Of a stretch of 60,777 bases of DNA, positions 38,345 through 48,464 are shown piece after piece. Source of the stretch: an uncultured Gammaproteobacteria bacterium (GTDB lineage: Bacteria; Patescibacteriota; Microgenomatia; 2-02-FULL-39-11); contig CAYUNW010000001.1 of assembly GCA_964446235.1 (NCBI GenBank), positions 103,837 through 164,613 of the forward strand. The letters are read 5' to 3'. Position 1 is the first letter of the stretch. Each line of letters begins with the position of its first letter. Both the position numbers and the translations under genes were made by a program. The notes beneath the pieces are model-generated. The model was not told the DNA's origin and made no database searches. It saw only the letters and a list, made by a program, of their open reading frames with translations.

Positions 38345-39628
38345 TTAAAGAAAACTATCATAATTTCGCATTATTAGTTGTGCTTCTATTTTTTTAACCG
38401 TTTCCAAAACAACTGATACAACGATCAATATACTAGTTCCTCCAATTGTTAAAGCCGAAATTCCTGTAAATGATTTGATTATCGATGGGATAATGGCAAT
38501 TATTCCCAAAAAAATCGCACCAGCGAAAGTTATCCTGGTTAAAATGAAATTTAAATATTTTGCTGTAGGGGTCCCGGGTCTTATACCAGGAATAAAACCG
38601 CCATGTTTTTGAATTTCAGAGGAAATCTTCTGAGGATTGAAAGTAATTGCGGTATAAAAGTATGTAAATCCAATAACTAATAGAAAATAAATTACGTTAT
38701 AGGAAAAACTGTCTGTGTTAAATGTAGTTACAAAAGTCTTGGCAATATTTGAAATGATAGGATTAGGAATTTGTTCCACGAATCTTCCGAATAGCTGGGG
38801 TAATAAAACTATAGAAACAGCAAATATAATCGGAATAACACCAGCTTGATTAAGTCTTAACGGTAAAAAACTTGAAGATCCACCCATGATTCGATTACCT
38901 CTAATCCTTCTGGCATATGATATGGGAATTTGTCTAACTGCTTCATTTATCATAACAATACCGGCTATTACAATTAGCGCTATAACAATGAATACTAAAA
39001 CATTTAACATCTGATCTTGACTGAATATACTCAATGTCTGACCAAACATCACCGGAAATCTTCCAACAATACCTGCAAAAATCAAAACGGAAATTCCATT
39101 ACCTAAACCAAATTCGGAAATCAATTCTCCCAACCACATCAAAATCATCGTTCCGGCAGTCATCGTTACAATCATTGATAATAACGTCAAAGGATTTAAA
39201 GTTTCCATTATTCCTTGACTTCTTAAAAGAGCATACATACCTATTGACTGGACAATTGCTAGCGGAACAGTTAAAAATCTGGTATATTGATTGATTTTTT
39301 CTCTACCGTATTCTCCTTCTTTCTGTAATTCTTCAAGTTTAGGGAATACTATCGTTAAAAGTTGTAAAATAATCGAGGCATTTATATAAGGGTTTAAACC
39401 TATTGCCATTACTGAAAAATTTACCAAAGTACCTCCGGAAAAAATATCCAGTAAACCTAAAAATTCACTTTGGCTGAATAAATTCTTCATTTTCGCTAAA
39501 TCAACTCCTGGAATAGGGGTATGTGCAAATAATCTAAAAACAAAAAAAACGAAACCCGTAAAATATATTTTTTTTCTAATATCCGGAGTCTTAAATGCAC
39601 TTTTTATCAATTGAATTAATTTGTCCAT
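38345..39628 (-). CDS. secY: Preprotein translocase SecY
   Basis: FSGG, G..PYINASII.QLL, GNGIS..IF.GI, NQAGVIPIIFA, GFIPGIRPG, GGTS.LI.V. Confidence 0.98.
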   Translation of the reverse strand: MDKLIQLIKSAFKTPDIRKKIYFTGFVFFVFRLFAHTPIPGVDLAKMKNLFSQSEFLGLLDIFSGGTLVNFSVMAIGLNPYINASIILQLLTIVFPKLEELQKEGEYGREKINQYTRFLTVPLAIVQSIGMYALLRSQGIMETLNPLTLLSMIVTMTAGTMILMWLGELISEFGLGNGISVLIFAGIVGRFPVMFGQTLSIFSQDQMLNVLVFIVIALIVIAGIVMINEAVRQIPISYARRIRGNRIMGGSSSFLPLRLNQAGVIPIIFAVSIVLLPQLFGRFVEQIPNPIISNIAKTFVTTFNTDSFSYNVIYFLLVIGFTYFYTAITFNPQKISSEIQKHGGFIPGIRPGTPTAKYLNFILTRITFAGAIFLGIIAIIPSIIKSFTGISALTIGGTSILIVVSVVLETVKKIEAQLIMRNYDSFL

Positions 39629-40107
39629 TATTTTACTGTTTTATCACCTTTAATTGATTTAATAGGAACAATAATCCCTCCGGCTTTTTGGATTTTTCTG
39701 GCAGCACTCTTTGAACACGGTAATGCAATTTGTAGTGGAATTTTTAATTCCCCTTCACTTAAAATCTTGATATGAATTTTTTCACCCATCAAATCTGAAT
39801 TAATTATGCCTTTTTTTATAAGAGTTTCAATATTAACAACATCATTTTTTTGGAAAATGTTTAATTGATTTATATTGATAATAAAAGGCTTAATCTTAAT
39901 TGATTTATTTCGATATTTACCTCTATATAAAGGCAATCTTCGTATATAAGAACTGTTCCTGATGGAATTTCTGGCTTTTATCACACCTCTAGAACTTTGA
40001 CCTTTTGTACCTCTACCAGAAGTTTTACCTTTTCCACTCCCCAAACCCTGTCCCAATCTCTTATTTCTTTTTTTGATGATTCTGGGTAAAGTATTGATTT
40101 TAATCAT
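39628..40107 (-). CDS. rplO: 50S ribosomal protein L15
   Basis: RLGQG.GSGKGKTSGRG.KGQ, S.SA..KI..AGG. Confidence 0.94.
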   Translation of the reverse strand: MIKINTLPRIIKKRNKRLGQGLGSGKGKTSGRGTKGQSSRGVIKARNSIRNSSYIRRLPLYRGKYRNKSIKIKPFIININQLNIFQKNDVVNIETLIKKGIINSDLMGEKIHIKILSEGELKIPLQIALPCSKSAARKIQKAGGIIVPIKSIKGDKTVK

Positions 40108-40538
40108 ATTCTTCTTAATTTTTTTAATGCTTCAAATGTAGCATATACATTAGATGCTTTATTATCGGTACCTAATATCTTTGAAACAATATCTCTAACT
40201 CCTGCAGCTTCCACTACGGCCCTGACAGCTCCTCCAGCACGAATACCTGTACCTGATGGAGCCGGTTTCAATAATATTTTTGCTGCTCCTTTTTTGATTC
40301 GTATCTCATGGGTAATTGTTGTCTTTTTCATCGGAACATTTATTAAATGTTTCTTAGCATAAGTCACGCCTTTCCTTACTGCTCCTGTCACGTCTGCTGC
40401 TTTACCTAAACCTACACCAACTTGACCTTTTTTATTTCCTACAACAACCAAGACAGAAAATCCGATTTTGTTACCACCGGATGTTTTTTTAGACACTCGA
40501 TTTACTTGAATAATTTTTTCGATAAATTCTTGTTCCAT
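40104..40538 (-). CDS. rpsE: 30S ribosomal protein S5
   Basis: VNRVSK...GG, G.G.GKA, PA..GTG..AGG.VRAV.E. Start reset to MEQEF. Confidence 0.96.
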   Translation of the reverse strand: MEQEFIEKIIQVNRVSKKTSGGNKIGFSVLVVVGNKKGQVGVGLGKAADVTGAVRKGVTYAKKHLINVPMKKTTITHEIRIKKGAAKILLKPAPSGTGIRAGGAVRAVVEAAGVRDIVSKILGTDNKASNVYATFEALKKLRRI

Positions 40539-40539
40539 A

Positions 40540-40899
40540 TTAAAATTCCAATCCTCCTTCTCTGGCTCCATCTGCAAAAGCTTTGATTCTTCCGTGATAT
40601 AAATAACCACTTCTATCAAATATAACTTTTTTTATTTTTTTCTTTATTGCTTTTTCAGCAATTTCCTTACCGACTTGAAATGAAATTGATGATTTGTTCA
40701 TCTTATTTGTTTTATCAATCTTAATATTTTTCGAATTTATTGAAACTATAGTTTTACCTTTATCATCATTTATAACTTGAGCAGAAATATATTTATTTGA
40801 TCTATACACTGTAAGCCTAGGTCTAGCTTCAGTTCCGTGAATTCTTGCTTTAATTTTAATTTTCCTTTTAAATCTTCTTTTAAGTATTATATTTTTCAT
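40540..40899 (-). CDS. rplR: 50S ribosomal protein L18
   Basis: RPRL.V.RSNKYI.AQ, FDR.GY.YHGR....A..AR..GL.F. Confidence 0.96.
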   Translation of the reverse strand: MKNIILKRRFKRKIKIKARIHGTEARPRLTVYRSNKYISAQVINDDKGKTIVSINSKNIKIDKTNKMNKSSISFQVGKEIAEKAIKKKIKKVIFDRSGYLYHGRIKAFADGAREGGLEF

Positions 40900-40903
40900 A
40901 TTT

Positions 40904-41455
40904 TTATTTACCTGCAGCACCTCCTACTGCTTTTGCTGCTTTACCAAGTTTTTTTCGTATATGTTCATTAGAATATCTTATACCTTTGCCTTTATATGGC
41001 TCGGGGGGTTTTACTCGCCTTATGGACGCTGCGACTTCTCCTACTAAATATTTATCAATACCAATAACTGTAATTTTATTATCATTAACTTCAAATGATA
41101 TCCCATCGGGAGCGTGAATCTTGACAGGATTGATATATCCAACACTAACCATCAGGTCATTACCACTTATATTTGCTCTGTAGCCTACACCAATAAGTTC
41201 TAAAGTCTTTTTCCATCCTTCCATTACTCCTTTTTGAGCATTTAAAATCAAACTTCTATATAAACCTAATAAATTACTACTCCTTTTTGATTTATCTTCC
41301 AAAATAATTTCATTATTTTTGTTTATTACTGATAACTCGTCAGGTATCCTGATATTCAAATTACCTTTGACGCCCTTTAAAGTAATTTCATTTCCTAGAA
41401 TATTAATTTGGACGTTTTTTTCTATACTAATTGGTTTTTTACCTAATCTTGACAT
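40904..41455 (-). CDS. rplF: 50S ribosomal protein L6
   Basis: MSRLGK.PI, GVGYRA, PEPYKGKGIRY. Confidence 0.97.
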   Translation of the reverse strand: MSRLGKKPISIEKNVQINILGNEITLKGVKGNLNIRIPDELSVINKNNEIILEDKSKRSSNLLGLYRSLILNAQKGVMEGWKKTLELIGVGYRANISGNDLMVSVGYINPVKIHAPDGISFEVNDNKITVIGIDKYLVGEVAASIRRVKPPEPYKGKGIRYSNEHIRKKLGKAAKAVGGAAGK

Positions 41456-41461
41456 ATGATA

Positions 41462-41854
41462 TCACCATATTTCACAAATTATTTCTCCACCAATATTATT
41501 TTTCTTAGCAAATTCTCCAGTCAATAACCCTTTTGATGTTGAAACAATTACAATACCTAAACCACCAAGAACTTTCTTGATGTTTTTTGCGTTTGTATAT
41601 ATTTTTCTTCCTGGTTTACTAATTCTTTTTATTTCAGTCAATTTTGCTTTGTTATTTTCATATAATAAATCAATAATTATTTGTTTTTTGGTGTCATCTA
41701 ATTCTTTTACTGTATATTTTTTAATAAAACCGTTTTTCTGGAGAATATCAGCCAACGCCTCTTTTATTTTTGAATGAGGGGCTTTCAAATCTGATTTTCC
41801 TGCCATATAAGCATTTTTTATTCTGATTAAAAAATCTGAGATAGGATCTGTCAT
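41462..41854 (-). CDS. rpsH: 30S ribosomal protein S8
   Basis: MTDPI.D.L.RI.NA, SKPGR.IY, STSKG, GGE.IC..W. Confidence 0.97.
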   Translation of the reverse strand: MTDPISDFLIRIKNAYMAGKSDLKAPHSKIKEALADILQKNGFIKKYTVKELDDTKKQIIIDLLYENNKAKLTEIKRISKPGRKIYTNAKNIKKVLGGLGIVIVSTSKGLLTGEFAKKNNIGGEIICEIW

Positions 41855-41858
41855 ATAA

Positions 41859-42044
41859 TCACCAACTTGCTTTTATAACTCCGGGTAACTCCCCTTTATG
41901 TGCTTTTTCACGAAAACACAACCTGCATAAACCGAACCTTCTGATATAACCTCTACTTCTACCACATAATTGACACCTATTTACATTTCTAACTAGGTGT
42001 TTTTGTTTTTTTTGAAATTTGATAATATCTGATTTTTTTGCCAT
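41859..42044 (-). CDS. rpsN: 30S ribosomal protein S14 (type Z)
   Basis: MAKKS (start reset), RC..CGR......R.FGLCR.CFR. Confidence 0.96.
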   Translation of the reverse strand: MAKKSDIIKFQKKQKHLVRNVNRCQLCGRSRGYIRRFGLCRLCFREKAHKGELPGVIKASW

Positions 42045-42051
42045 AAATTCT

Positions 42052-42606
42052 TTAATTCTTAAATTCCTTTTTTTCAAAAGGCATACCTAATATTTTTAAT
42101 AATTCATAAGAGAATTTTTTATTCTTTGAATTCGTTACAAAAGTAATTTCTAAACCTCTAATCTTATCAATTTGACTATAATCAATTTCTGGAAATACTA
42201 TCTGTTCTGTTAATCCCAATGTATAATTCCCGTTTGAATCAAAGCTTTCAATTTTTACTCCTCGGAAATCTCTTATTCTTGATAACACGATTTTAAATAA
42301 TTTCTCTACAAAATCATACATTTTCTGTCCTCTTAATGTTGTTTTTACACCAATCTCCATACCTTTTCTTAATTTGAATGCTGATATGTCTTTTTTTGCC
42401 TTTGTTATTAATGGTTTCTGTCCGCTTATTAATTCTAACTGACTAGATACATTACTAATAATTTTTTTATCTGTAGTAGCTTCACCTAAACCAATATTTA
42501 TTACTACTTTCAATAGTTTAGGGATCATCATTACATTTGAAATTTTCAACTCTTTTTTAAGCTGTTCTTTATATTTATCGTTATATATTTTATTAAGATT
42601 ATTCAT
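42052..42606 (-). CDS. rplE: 50S ribosomal protein L5
   Basis: P.L.KVVIN.G.GE, GQKP....AK..I..FKLR.G, RIRDFRG, GNY..G..EQ..FPEI. Confidence 0.97.
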   Translation of the reverse strand: MNNLNKIYNDKYKEQLKKELKISNVMMIPKLLKVVINIGLGEATTDKKIISNVSSQLELISGQKPLITKAKKDISAFKLRKGMEIGVKTTLRGQKMYDFVEKLFKIVLSRIRDFRGVKIESFDSNGNYTLGLTEQIVFPEIDYSQIDKIRGLEITFVTNSKNKKFSYELLKILGMPFEKKEFKN

Positions 42607-42621
42607 ATTTAAGAATCATGA

Positions 42622-42936
42622 TTATATCACTGAACCGCATTTTTTGCAGATCCTCTGTTTTTTCTTAGCAATAATTTTAAATCCTATCCTAGATGGTTTG
42701 GAACATTTATGACAAATATAAGCTATTTTACTAACAGGAATAGGTTTACTGAATTCAATTATCCCACCTTGTACTTTCTCGTCTCTTTTTTTAAGATGTC
42801 TTTTGGAAACGTTTAAACCCGGCAAAAATACTTTCATATCCTTGGGTAATAACTTATCAATTTTTGCTTTTTTACCTTTATCTTTTCCGCTTGTAATAAT
42901 TACTTCATCGCCTTTTTTATATTTAAACATATTCAA
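42622..42936 (-). CDS. rplX: 50S ribosomal protein L24
   Basis: KKGD.V....GKDKGK, C..C....R.G. Confidence 0.95.
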   Translation of the reverse strand: MNMFKYKKGDEVIITSGKDKGKKAKIDKLLPKDMKVFLPGLNVSKRHLKKRDEKVQGGIIEFSKPIPVSKIAYICHKCSKPSRIGFKIIAKKKQRICKKCGSVI

Positions 42937-43307
42937 AAAACCTCTTTCGCCATAGAGGCAATTTTATTAAATCCTAATTCTTTTATTTCTCTTGCTATTG
43001 GTCCAAATACTCTTGTAGCGACCGGATTTTTGTCGTTCGGATTATCAATAATTACTACTGCGTTATCATCAAATCGAATATATGAACCGTCTGATCTTCT
43101 TTTTTCTTTTTTTGTTCTCACCACTACAGCCTTTATAACAGAATGAGTCTTCACTGTTCCTATAGGATCTGCTTTTTTTACTACCCCAGTTATTATATCC
43201 CCAATAAAGGCAAATTTACTGTTACCCCTACCATGTACCTGAATTACAGAGATTTTACTAGCACCGCTATTATCAGCCACATTTACAATAGATCTTAGTT
43301 GTAACAT
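42933..43307 (-). CDS. rplN: 50S ribosomal protein L14
   Basis: VADNSGA, RFDDNA.V.I, TRVFGP.A.E. Confidence 0.97.
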   Translation of the reverse strand: MLQLRSIVNVADNSGASKISVIQVHGRGNSKFAFIGDIITGVVKKADPIGTVKTHSVIKAVVVRTKKEKRRSDGSYIRFDDNAVVIIDNPNDKNPVATRVFGPIAREIKELGFNKIASMAKEVF

Positions 43308-43558
43308 TATTTTTTCTCCTTCTTATCATGAGATAAAACTTTTTCCACTATATAATGTTTTTGTTTAGATAACGGTCTGGTTTGTTTAATTAGCACCTCA
43401 TCTCCCGTATTAATTGGGAAACCTTCATAATGCGCTTTAATTCTGGCTGTTCTTTTCAGAATTTTTTTATATAATGGGTGAATTTTACTATTTTCAATTT
43501 CAACCACGACTGTATTTTTCATTTTGTTTGATACGACTATCCCTTGTAATAATTTCAT
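43307..43558 (-). CDS. rpsQ: 30S ribosomal protein S17
   Basis: G.VVS.KM..TVVV, HP.Y.K, TRPLSK.K. Confidence 0.96.
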   Translation of the reverse strand: MKLLQGIVVSNKMKNTVVVEIENSKIHPLYKKILKRTARIKAHYEGFPINTGDEVLIKQTRPLSKQKHYIVEKVLSHDKKEKK

Positions 43559-43761
43559 TTTTTTACCAACTCCCTTCTACGCAATTCTGTAAGAAATTTT
43601 GCGATTTTTCTTTTCTTTTTCTTTACTAAATTTGTATCTCGGAATTTGCTTGCATTTATTTCTATCGATACTTTTGCAATATCTTCACGCTCTTTTTTCA
43701 GCATGTTATTTAGCTGAGAATCTGTCATGTCAATAATTTTTTCAATAATTTTATTGCTCAT
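43555..43761 (-). CDS. rpmC: 50S ribosomal protein L29
   Basis: Position between rplP and rpsQ; KRKIAK..T.L. Confidence 0.85.
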   Translation of the reverse strand: MSNKIIEKIIDMTDSQLNNMLKKEREDIAKVSIEINASKFRDTNLVKKKKRKIAKFLTELRRRELVKK

Positions 43762-43764
43762 TTT

Positions 43765-44172
43765 TTATTTACGTTTTACGTATTTTGATTTAAATGGTAA
43801 TTTACTAGCAGCCTTTCGCATAGCTTCCTGTGCAATCTGTTCAGAAACACCGCTCATTTCAAATAATATTTTACCCGGTCTGATAACTGCCACATGATCA
43901 ACAACATCACCTTTACCACTACCCATTCTCACTTCCGGCGGTTTATCAGATATAGGTTTATCTGGAAATACTCTAATCCATACTCTTCCGCCTTTTTGAG
44001 TATATTTTGTTAAAACTTTTCTACCTGCTTCAATATGCTTTGCTGACAACCAACCGCATGCCATAGCTTTCAATCCATAATCTCCAAAAGAAACCATAGA
44101 ACCCCTATATGACTTTCCTGCCATTGTACCTCTAAATTGTTTTCTAAATTTTTCTCTTTTTGGTGCTAACAT
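43765..44172 (-). CDS. rplP: 50S ribosomal protein L16
   Basis: ML.PKR.K.RK, W.R.FPDKP...KP.E.RMG.GKG. Confidence 0.97.
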   Translation of the reverse strand: MLAPKREKFRKQFRGTMAGKSYRGSMVSFGDYGLKAMACGWLSAKHIEAGRKVLTKYTQKGGRVWIRVFPDKPISDKPPEVRMGSGKGDVVDHVAVIRPGKILFEMSGVSEQIAQEAMRKAASKLPFKSKYVKRK

Positions 44173-44173
44173 A

Positions 44174-44833
44174 TTATTTTTTACATATCCAAACTTTTAC
44201 ACCTATATATCCGGATTTAGTAAGTGACGGTAATGATGCAAAATCCACTCTTTCACGTAATGTAGATAAAGGTATTGAACCTTGTTTATAGGTTTCAGTT
44301 CTGGAAATTTCTGCTCCCGCAATTCTACCTGCTAAAGTTATCTTTGCTCCTTTTGCTCCAGAAGTCATAATTTTTTCCAATGCAAAATTCACAACCCTTT
44401 TATGTGGCAATCTTCTAGCTAGTTGTTCTGCTATCTGTGAAGCCATAAAATAAGCCGATAGATTTGGTTCTTTTTCCGGTTCAACCCTTAAATCAATTTT
44501 TAAAGCAGATTTTGGGTCTAGTAGCTTATTTTTTCTTCTGTGTGTCAAGATTAATTTTGTCAATTCTTTTTTAAGTTCTTCCATATTCTGACCACCTCTA
44601 CCTATTACCACACCGGGACGAACCACATGAAGTATTAAATTTAATTTATTAATACTCCTTTCGATCTCGATTTTTGAAATTCCAGCTTTTGATAATTTAT
44701 TTATTAAAAAATCCCGAACAATCGAGTCTTCATAAACAAAATGCTTGTATCTTTTATTATCAGCAAACCATCTAGATTCCCATGTATAAATTACACCTAT
44801 TCGGAAACCTTTAGGATTTATTTTCTGTCCCAC
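44174..44833 (-). CDS. rpsC: 30S ribosomal protein S3
   Basis: GQK.NP.G.R.G (GTG start at 44833), RPG.VIG..G, GRI.GAEI.R, G.IG.KVWI. Confidence 0.96.
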   Translation of the reverse strand: MGQKINPKGFRIGVIYTWESRWFADNKRYKHFVYEDSIVRDFLINKLSKAGISKIEIERSINKLNLILHVVRPGVVIGRGGQNMEELKKELTKLILTHRRKNKLLDPKSALKIDLRVEPEKEPNLSAYFMASQIAEQLARRLPHKRVVNFALEKIMTSGAKGAKITLAGRIAGAEISRTETYKQGSIPLSTLRERVDFASLPSLTKSGYIGVKVWICKK

Positions 44834-45236
44834 TTTTGCTCCTTTCTTCATCTTTTTGAATTTTTTTCTTATCTGATTTATTTTTCATGATTTCAGGTTT
44901 TTTAAATTTTTGTTCTAATAATACTTTTATATTGCAGGTACGTTTTTTATACTGATGGGCCATACCCCTGGATACTGCATGCCATCGTTTAAATGCTGGA
45001 CCTTTAGTAACTTCGATAGTTTTAATGATCAAATCATTTTCGTTTATCTTATTATTATTTACAGCATTATTTTTGGCGCTTAAAATAATTTTTTTCAGTA
45101 ATCTAGCAGCTTTTGTTTCACCTACGGTCAAAATATTTTGCGCTTTATTTACATCCATACCAGTTAATTTACCTGAAATAAATTTCAGCTTCTTAGGTGA
45201 CATTCTTATGTATTTTATTTCGGTAACTAATTTCAT
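44811..45236 (-). CDS. rplV: 50S ribosomal protein L22
   Basis: R.SP.K, SA..NA, GP..KR.....RG.A. Confidence 0.95.
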   Translation of the reverse strand: MKLVTEIKYIRMSPKKLKFISGKLTGMDVNKAQNILTVGETKAARLLKKIILSAKNNAVNNNKINENDLIIKTIEVTKGPAFKRWHAVSRGMAHQYKKRTCNIKVLLEQKFKKPEIMKNKSDKKKIQKDEERSKSGTENKS

Positions 45237-45237
45237 A

Positions 45238-45522
45238 TTATGTCTTTTCTAATACCCTTTTAGTAACTTTTCCATGACCTCTAAATGTCCGCGTGGGAGC
45301 AAACTCCCCTAATCTGTGTCCCACCATAGTCTCAGTAATGAAAATTTCAGTATGAAACCTACCGTTATGAACTGCAATCTTGTGACCCACAAAATCCGGA
45401 GAAACTTGACAATTTCTTGACCAGGTTTTTATAGCTTCATTTGATTCCGATTTTTTTTGGTTTAATATTTTTTTTAATAATCTATTATCAATATAAGGAC
45501 CTTTTTTTGAACTTCTTGCCAT
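45238..45522 (-). CDS. rpsS: 30S ribosomal protein S19
   Basis: RS.KKGP, KTWSR, MVGH.LGEF.PTR. Confidence 0.97.
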   Translation of the reverse strand: MARSSKKGPYIDNRLLKKILNQKKSESNEAIKTWSRNCQVSPDFVGHKIAVHNGRFHTEIFITETMVGHRLGEFAPTRTFRGHGKVTKRVLEKT

Positions 45523-45523
45523 A

Positions 45524-46279
45524 TTATTTATTCCTTTTCTTTATAATAAATTTATTACTGTATTTAAATTTTTTTCTTGTCTTTTTCCCTCTTGCTACTT
45601 TTCCCCAAGGAGTTTTTGACGACTTTAACCCTTCCCCGCTTCTTCCTTCCCCTCCTCCGTGAGGATGTGATCTTGGATTTTGTGCAGTACCTCTTACTAC
45701 CGGTCTTCTTCCTAATAATCTAGATCTGCCTGCTTTTCTAAGATTTTTAGTTTTTTCTTCAACATTTGACAGTTGTCCGATTGAAGCAAAGCATTCTAGT
45801 TTAATTTTCCTTACCTCACCTGATGGCATCTTAACATGGGCAAAATTATCTTCTTTTGCCAAAATAATTGCAAGAGTACCTGCGCCTCTAACTATTTGAC
45901 CACCTTTCCCCGGATGCATCTCAATATTATGTATAGACGTCCCTATAGGTATCTCTGAAAGAGGCATGCTATTTCCTGCTTTGGTTTCAATATTTTTCTT
46001 TCCTGAAATCACCTTATCGTTAATTTTTAATCCTAAGGGTGCCAGAATATACTTTTTATCACCATCTGCATAATTTATTAATGCTATATTGACACTTCTG
46101 TTTGGATCCTGTTCAATTTTAATAACTTTTCCCCATATACCATGTTTGTTTCTCAAAAAATCTATTTCACGGTAATACCTCTTTTGCCTACCACCCTGAT
46201 GACGGGTGGTAACTTTACCCGTATTATTCCTACCTGATTTTTTCGGTAGTATTTTATATAATTTTTTTATTTTATTCAT
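45524..46279 (-). CDS. rplB: 50S ribosomal protein L2
   Basis: GRNN.G..T.RH.GG, DPNRS, GK.G...[16 protein letters not shown]. Confidence 0.97.
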   Translation of the reverse strand: MNKIKKLYKILPKKSGRNNTGKVTTRHQGGRQKRYYREIDFLRNKHGIWGKVIKIEQDPNRSVNIALINYADGDKKYILAPLGLKINDKVISGKKNIETKAGNSMPLSEIPIGTSIHNIEMHPGKGGQIVRGAGTLAIILAKEDNFAHVKMPSGEVRKIKLECFASIGQLSNVEEKTKNLRKAGRSRLLGRRPVVRGTAQNPRSHPHGGGEGRSGEGLKSSKTPWGKVARGKKTRKKFKYSNKFIIKKRNK

Positions 46280-46282
46280 AGA

Positions 46283-46582
46283 TTACTCTTTCCCTTGAGT
46301 TGTATGAAAAATATCAATTTTCTGTCCTTTTTCCAATTTCACACGGGCTATTTTTACAGTCGGAGCTTTAACCATTTTTCTTTGTTTACCTGTTCTTTTC
46401 AATTTTCCTTTTCTGATTACTGTAGAAATGTTTATAACTTTTACTTTATAAATTTTACTTATTTCTTCAACTATCCTTTTTTTCTCTGCTTTTAGATTCA
46501 CAATAAAGGTATAAATGTTTTTACCAACATCAAGTATTGATTTTTCTGTAATATTTGGTTTGATAATTATAGATGTTTTCAT
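46283..46582 (-). CDS. rplW: 50S ribosomal protein L23
   Basis: P.ITEKS, Y.F.V...A.K..I, K.A.V.L..GQ.I. Confidence 0.95.
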   Translation of the reverse strand: MKTSIIIKPNITEKSILDVGKNIYTFIVNLKAEKKRIVEEISKIYKVKVINISTVIRKGKLKRTGKQRKMVKAPTVKIARVKLEKGQKIDIFHTTQGKE

Positions 46583-47343
46583 TTTGATTTTAAGTTCTTT
46601 CTATTTGTTTTCACTACAGGCTTAATTTGGTTTTTATGATTATCGGAATTTTTATTTTTTTTACTATATATTTGTTCCAACACTGTTATTGCATCTTTTG
46701 AAAAAAGCACAGTTTTTGAAGTTAAAATTTGATATGTATTTAATATTTGAACTGGAACAACAAATAAATTTTTGATATTTCTCGTAATCAAATTGAGTTT
46801 TGAATCATTTTTTGCAACTACAAGTAAAGTCTTGTTTTTAAGTTGTTTTGATTTTGTAGTCAAACCCAAGCTTGTAAGGAATTTAATGGTGTGTTTTGTT
46901 TTTAATTCAATCTTATCAAGACCGGTAACAATTTTAAGTTCTTCTTGTTTTAGTTTATCAGTTAATGCGGAAAAAAATGCTAGTTTCTTCATTTTTTTCG
47001 AAAGCGTTAATTTATAATCGTATGTTTTCGGACCATGAGCCACTCCACCTCCAATAAAAATTGGAGCTCTCTTACTACCATGTCTTGCTCTTCCTGTACC
47101 CTTTTGTCTATACATTTTCTTTGTAGTGAATGATACTTCAGATCTGGTCTTTGCTTTTCTAGTTCCTAATCTTTGGTTTGTATGAAAAACTCTTATAGCT
47201 TGAGCAATAAGCTTGAGATTTATCTTTACACCGAATATTTCTTTCGGTAATAAGATTTTACCTATCGATTTACCCAGAATATTAATTACCTGAACATTTA
47301 ATTCACCTTGAGTGTTTGTTTTTGTCGATATTTTTTTTGCCAT
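46579..47343 (-). CDS. rplD: 50S ribosomal protein L4
   Basis: R.GT...KTRSEV, QKGTG.ARHGS.RAP...GGG..HGP. Confidence 0.97.
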   Translation of the reverse strand: MAKKISTKTNTQGELNVQVINILGKSIGKILLPKEIFGVKINLKLIAQAIRVFHTNQRLGTRKAKTRSEVSFTTKKMYRQKGTGRARHGSKRAPIFIGGGVAHGPKTYDYKLTLSKKMKKLAFFSALTDKLKQEELKIVTGLDKIELKTKHTIKFLTSLGLTTKSKQLKNKTLLVVAKNDSKLNLITRNIKNLFVVPVQILNTYQILTSKTVLFSKDAITVLEQIYSKKNKNSDNHKNQIKPVVKTNRKNLKSK

Positions 47344-47348
47344 ACAAT

Positions 47349-47984
47349 TTATACACTTTTAATTATCAATAATGAATTTCTTCCGCCAGGTGCTAAACCT
47401 TTGATATTTAGTATTTCATTTCTTGAATCTATTGATATAACTTTTAGATTTTTAATTGTAACTTGATCATTTCCCATTCTACCTGCCATTCTTTTACCTT
47501 TATATACTCTTCCAGGAGTAGTAGTTTGCCCTATAGATCCTGGACTTCTTTCTCTGTCTGACTGACCATGAGTTCTCGGACCTCCTTTAAAATGATGTCT
47601 TTTTACACCACCCTGAAAACCCTTACCTTTTGAAATCCCAGTCACTTGAACCAAATCACCTTCCTGGAATATTTTATTAATATCTATTTTTTCGCCAATT
47701 TTTATATCAGAATCCATTTCCTCCATAAACTTAATTTCTTTGATATATCGTGGAGGATTTTTCTCAAGTCCGGTTTTTTTTAGAAAACCTAAAATACTTT
47801 TTTTTGTATTTTTTGACTTTTTTACCCCTATTCCCAATTGATAAGCACGGTAACCGTCTTTTTCAGATTCTTTTATATTTACCAAATATTGTGGACCTAC
47901 TTTAATTCGAGTTATCGGTACTCTAATTTCCTCTTTGGTAAAAATATTCGTTTGATCTAATTTAATTCCTAATATTGCTTTCAT
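47349..47984 (-). CDS. rplC: 50S ribosomal protein L3
   Basis: SKGKGFQG..KR..F, HG....R.PGSIG, KG.RM.G.MG. Confidence 0.97.
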   Translation of the reverse strand: MKAILGIKLDQTNIFTKEEIRVPITRIKVGPQYLVNIKESEKDGYRAYQLGIGVKKSKNTKKSILGFLKKTGLEKNPPRYIKEIKFMEEMDSDIKIGEKIDINKIFQEGDLVQVTGISKGKGFQGGVKRHHFKGGPRTHGQSDRERSPGSIGQTTTPGRVYKGKRMAGRMGNDQVTIKNLKVISIDSRNEILNIKGLAPGGRNSLLIIKSV

Positions 47985-47987
47985 CTT

Positions 47988-48033
47988 AAAAAAAATCAGC
48001 CCCGGATAGGGGCTAATTACTCCATCCAGGTTA
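47988..48033 (-). promoter_or_regulatory. Candidate terminator/antiterminator leader of the rplC operon
   Basis: UUAGCCCC-UAUCC-GGGGCUGA followed by U8. Alternative helix CCUGGAUGG/CUAUCCGGG. Confidence 0.65.
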
Positions 48034-48116
48034 TTTAAAAATATTATAATTTGTACATTATTCTCATGTACGGCTCTTTATATTATACAAAAATCGTCTT
48101 TTTTTCAATAATTAAT

Positions 48117-48425
48117 TTACATTTTTATCTCAATATCAACTCCTGCAGGTAATTCCAAATGCATTAAACTGTCAATTGTTCTATCTGTTGGTTCTAGAAT
48201 ATCTATTAATCTTTTATGAATTTTTATCATAAAAGCTTCTCTACTATCCTTATCTGTAAAAGGTGATCTTTGCACACTGTAATGATGGCGATCTGTAGGT
48301 AATGGAATTGGCCCAATAACTCTAGCTCCCGTTCTTACAGCGGTATCCAAGATTTTTTGGCACGAATCATCAATTATTCTGCCATCATATGCTTTTAAAC
48401 GTACTCTAATTCTGCCTTTTGGCAT
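48117..48425 (-). CDS. rpsJ: 30S ribosomal protein S10
   Basis: IR.RLKAYD...[24 protein letters not shown]. Confidence 0.97.
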   Translation of the reverse strand: MPKGRIRVRLKAYDGRIIDDSCQKILDTAVRTGARVIGPIPLPTDRHHYSVQRSPFTDKDSREAFMIKIHKRLIDILEPTDRTIDSLMHLELPAGVDIEIKM

Positions 48426-48464
48426 TTTATTTTCTTATAAAATAATATTGAGCAGGTCTTTAAT

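Noticed and set aside
30372-44851. Extended N-termini given by the ORF track for recA, rpsD, infA, map, rpsE, rplR, rpsN and rpsC
   Set aside because: The upstream ATGs overlap neighbouring genes or promoters. Conserved N-termini, SD sites and stop-start overlaps support the shorter starts reported.
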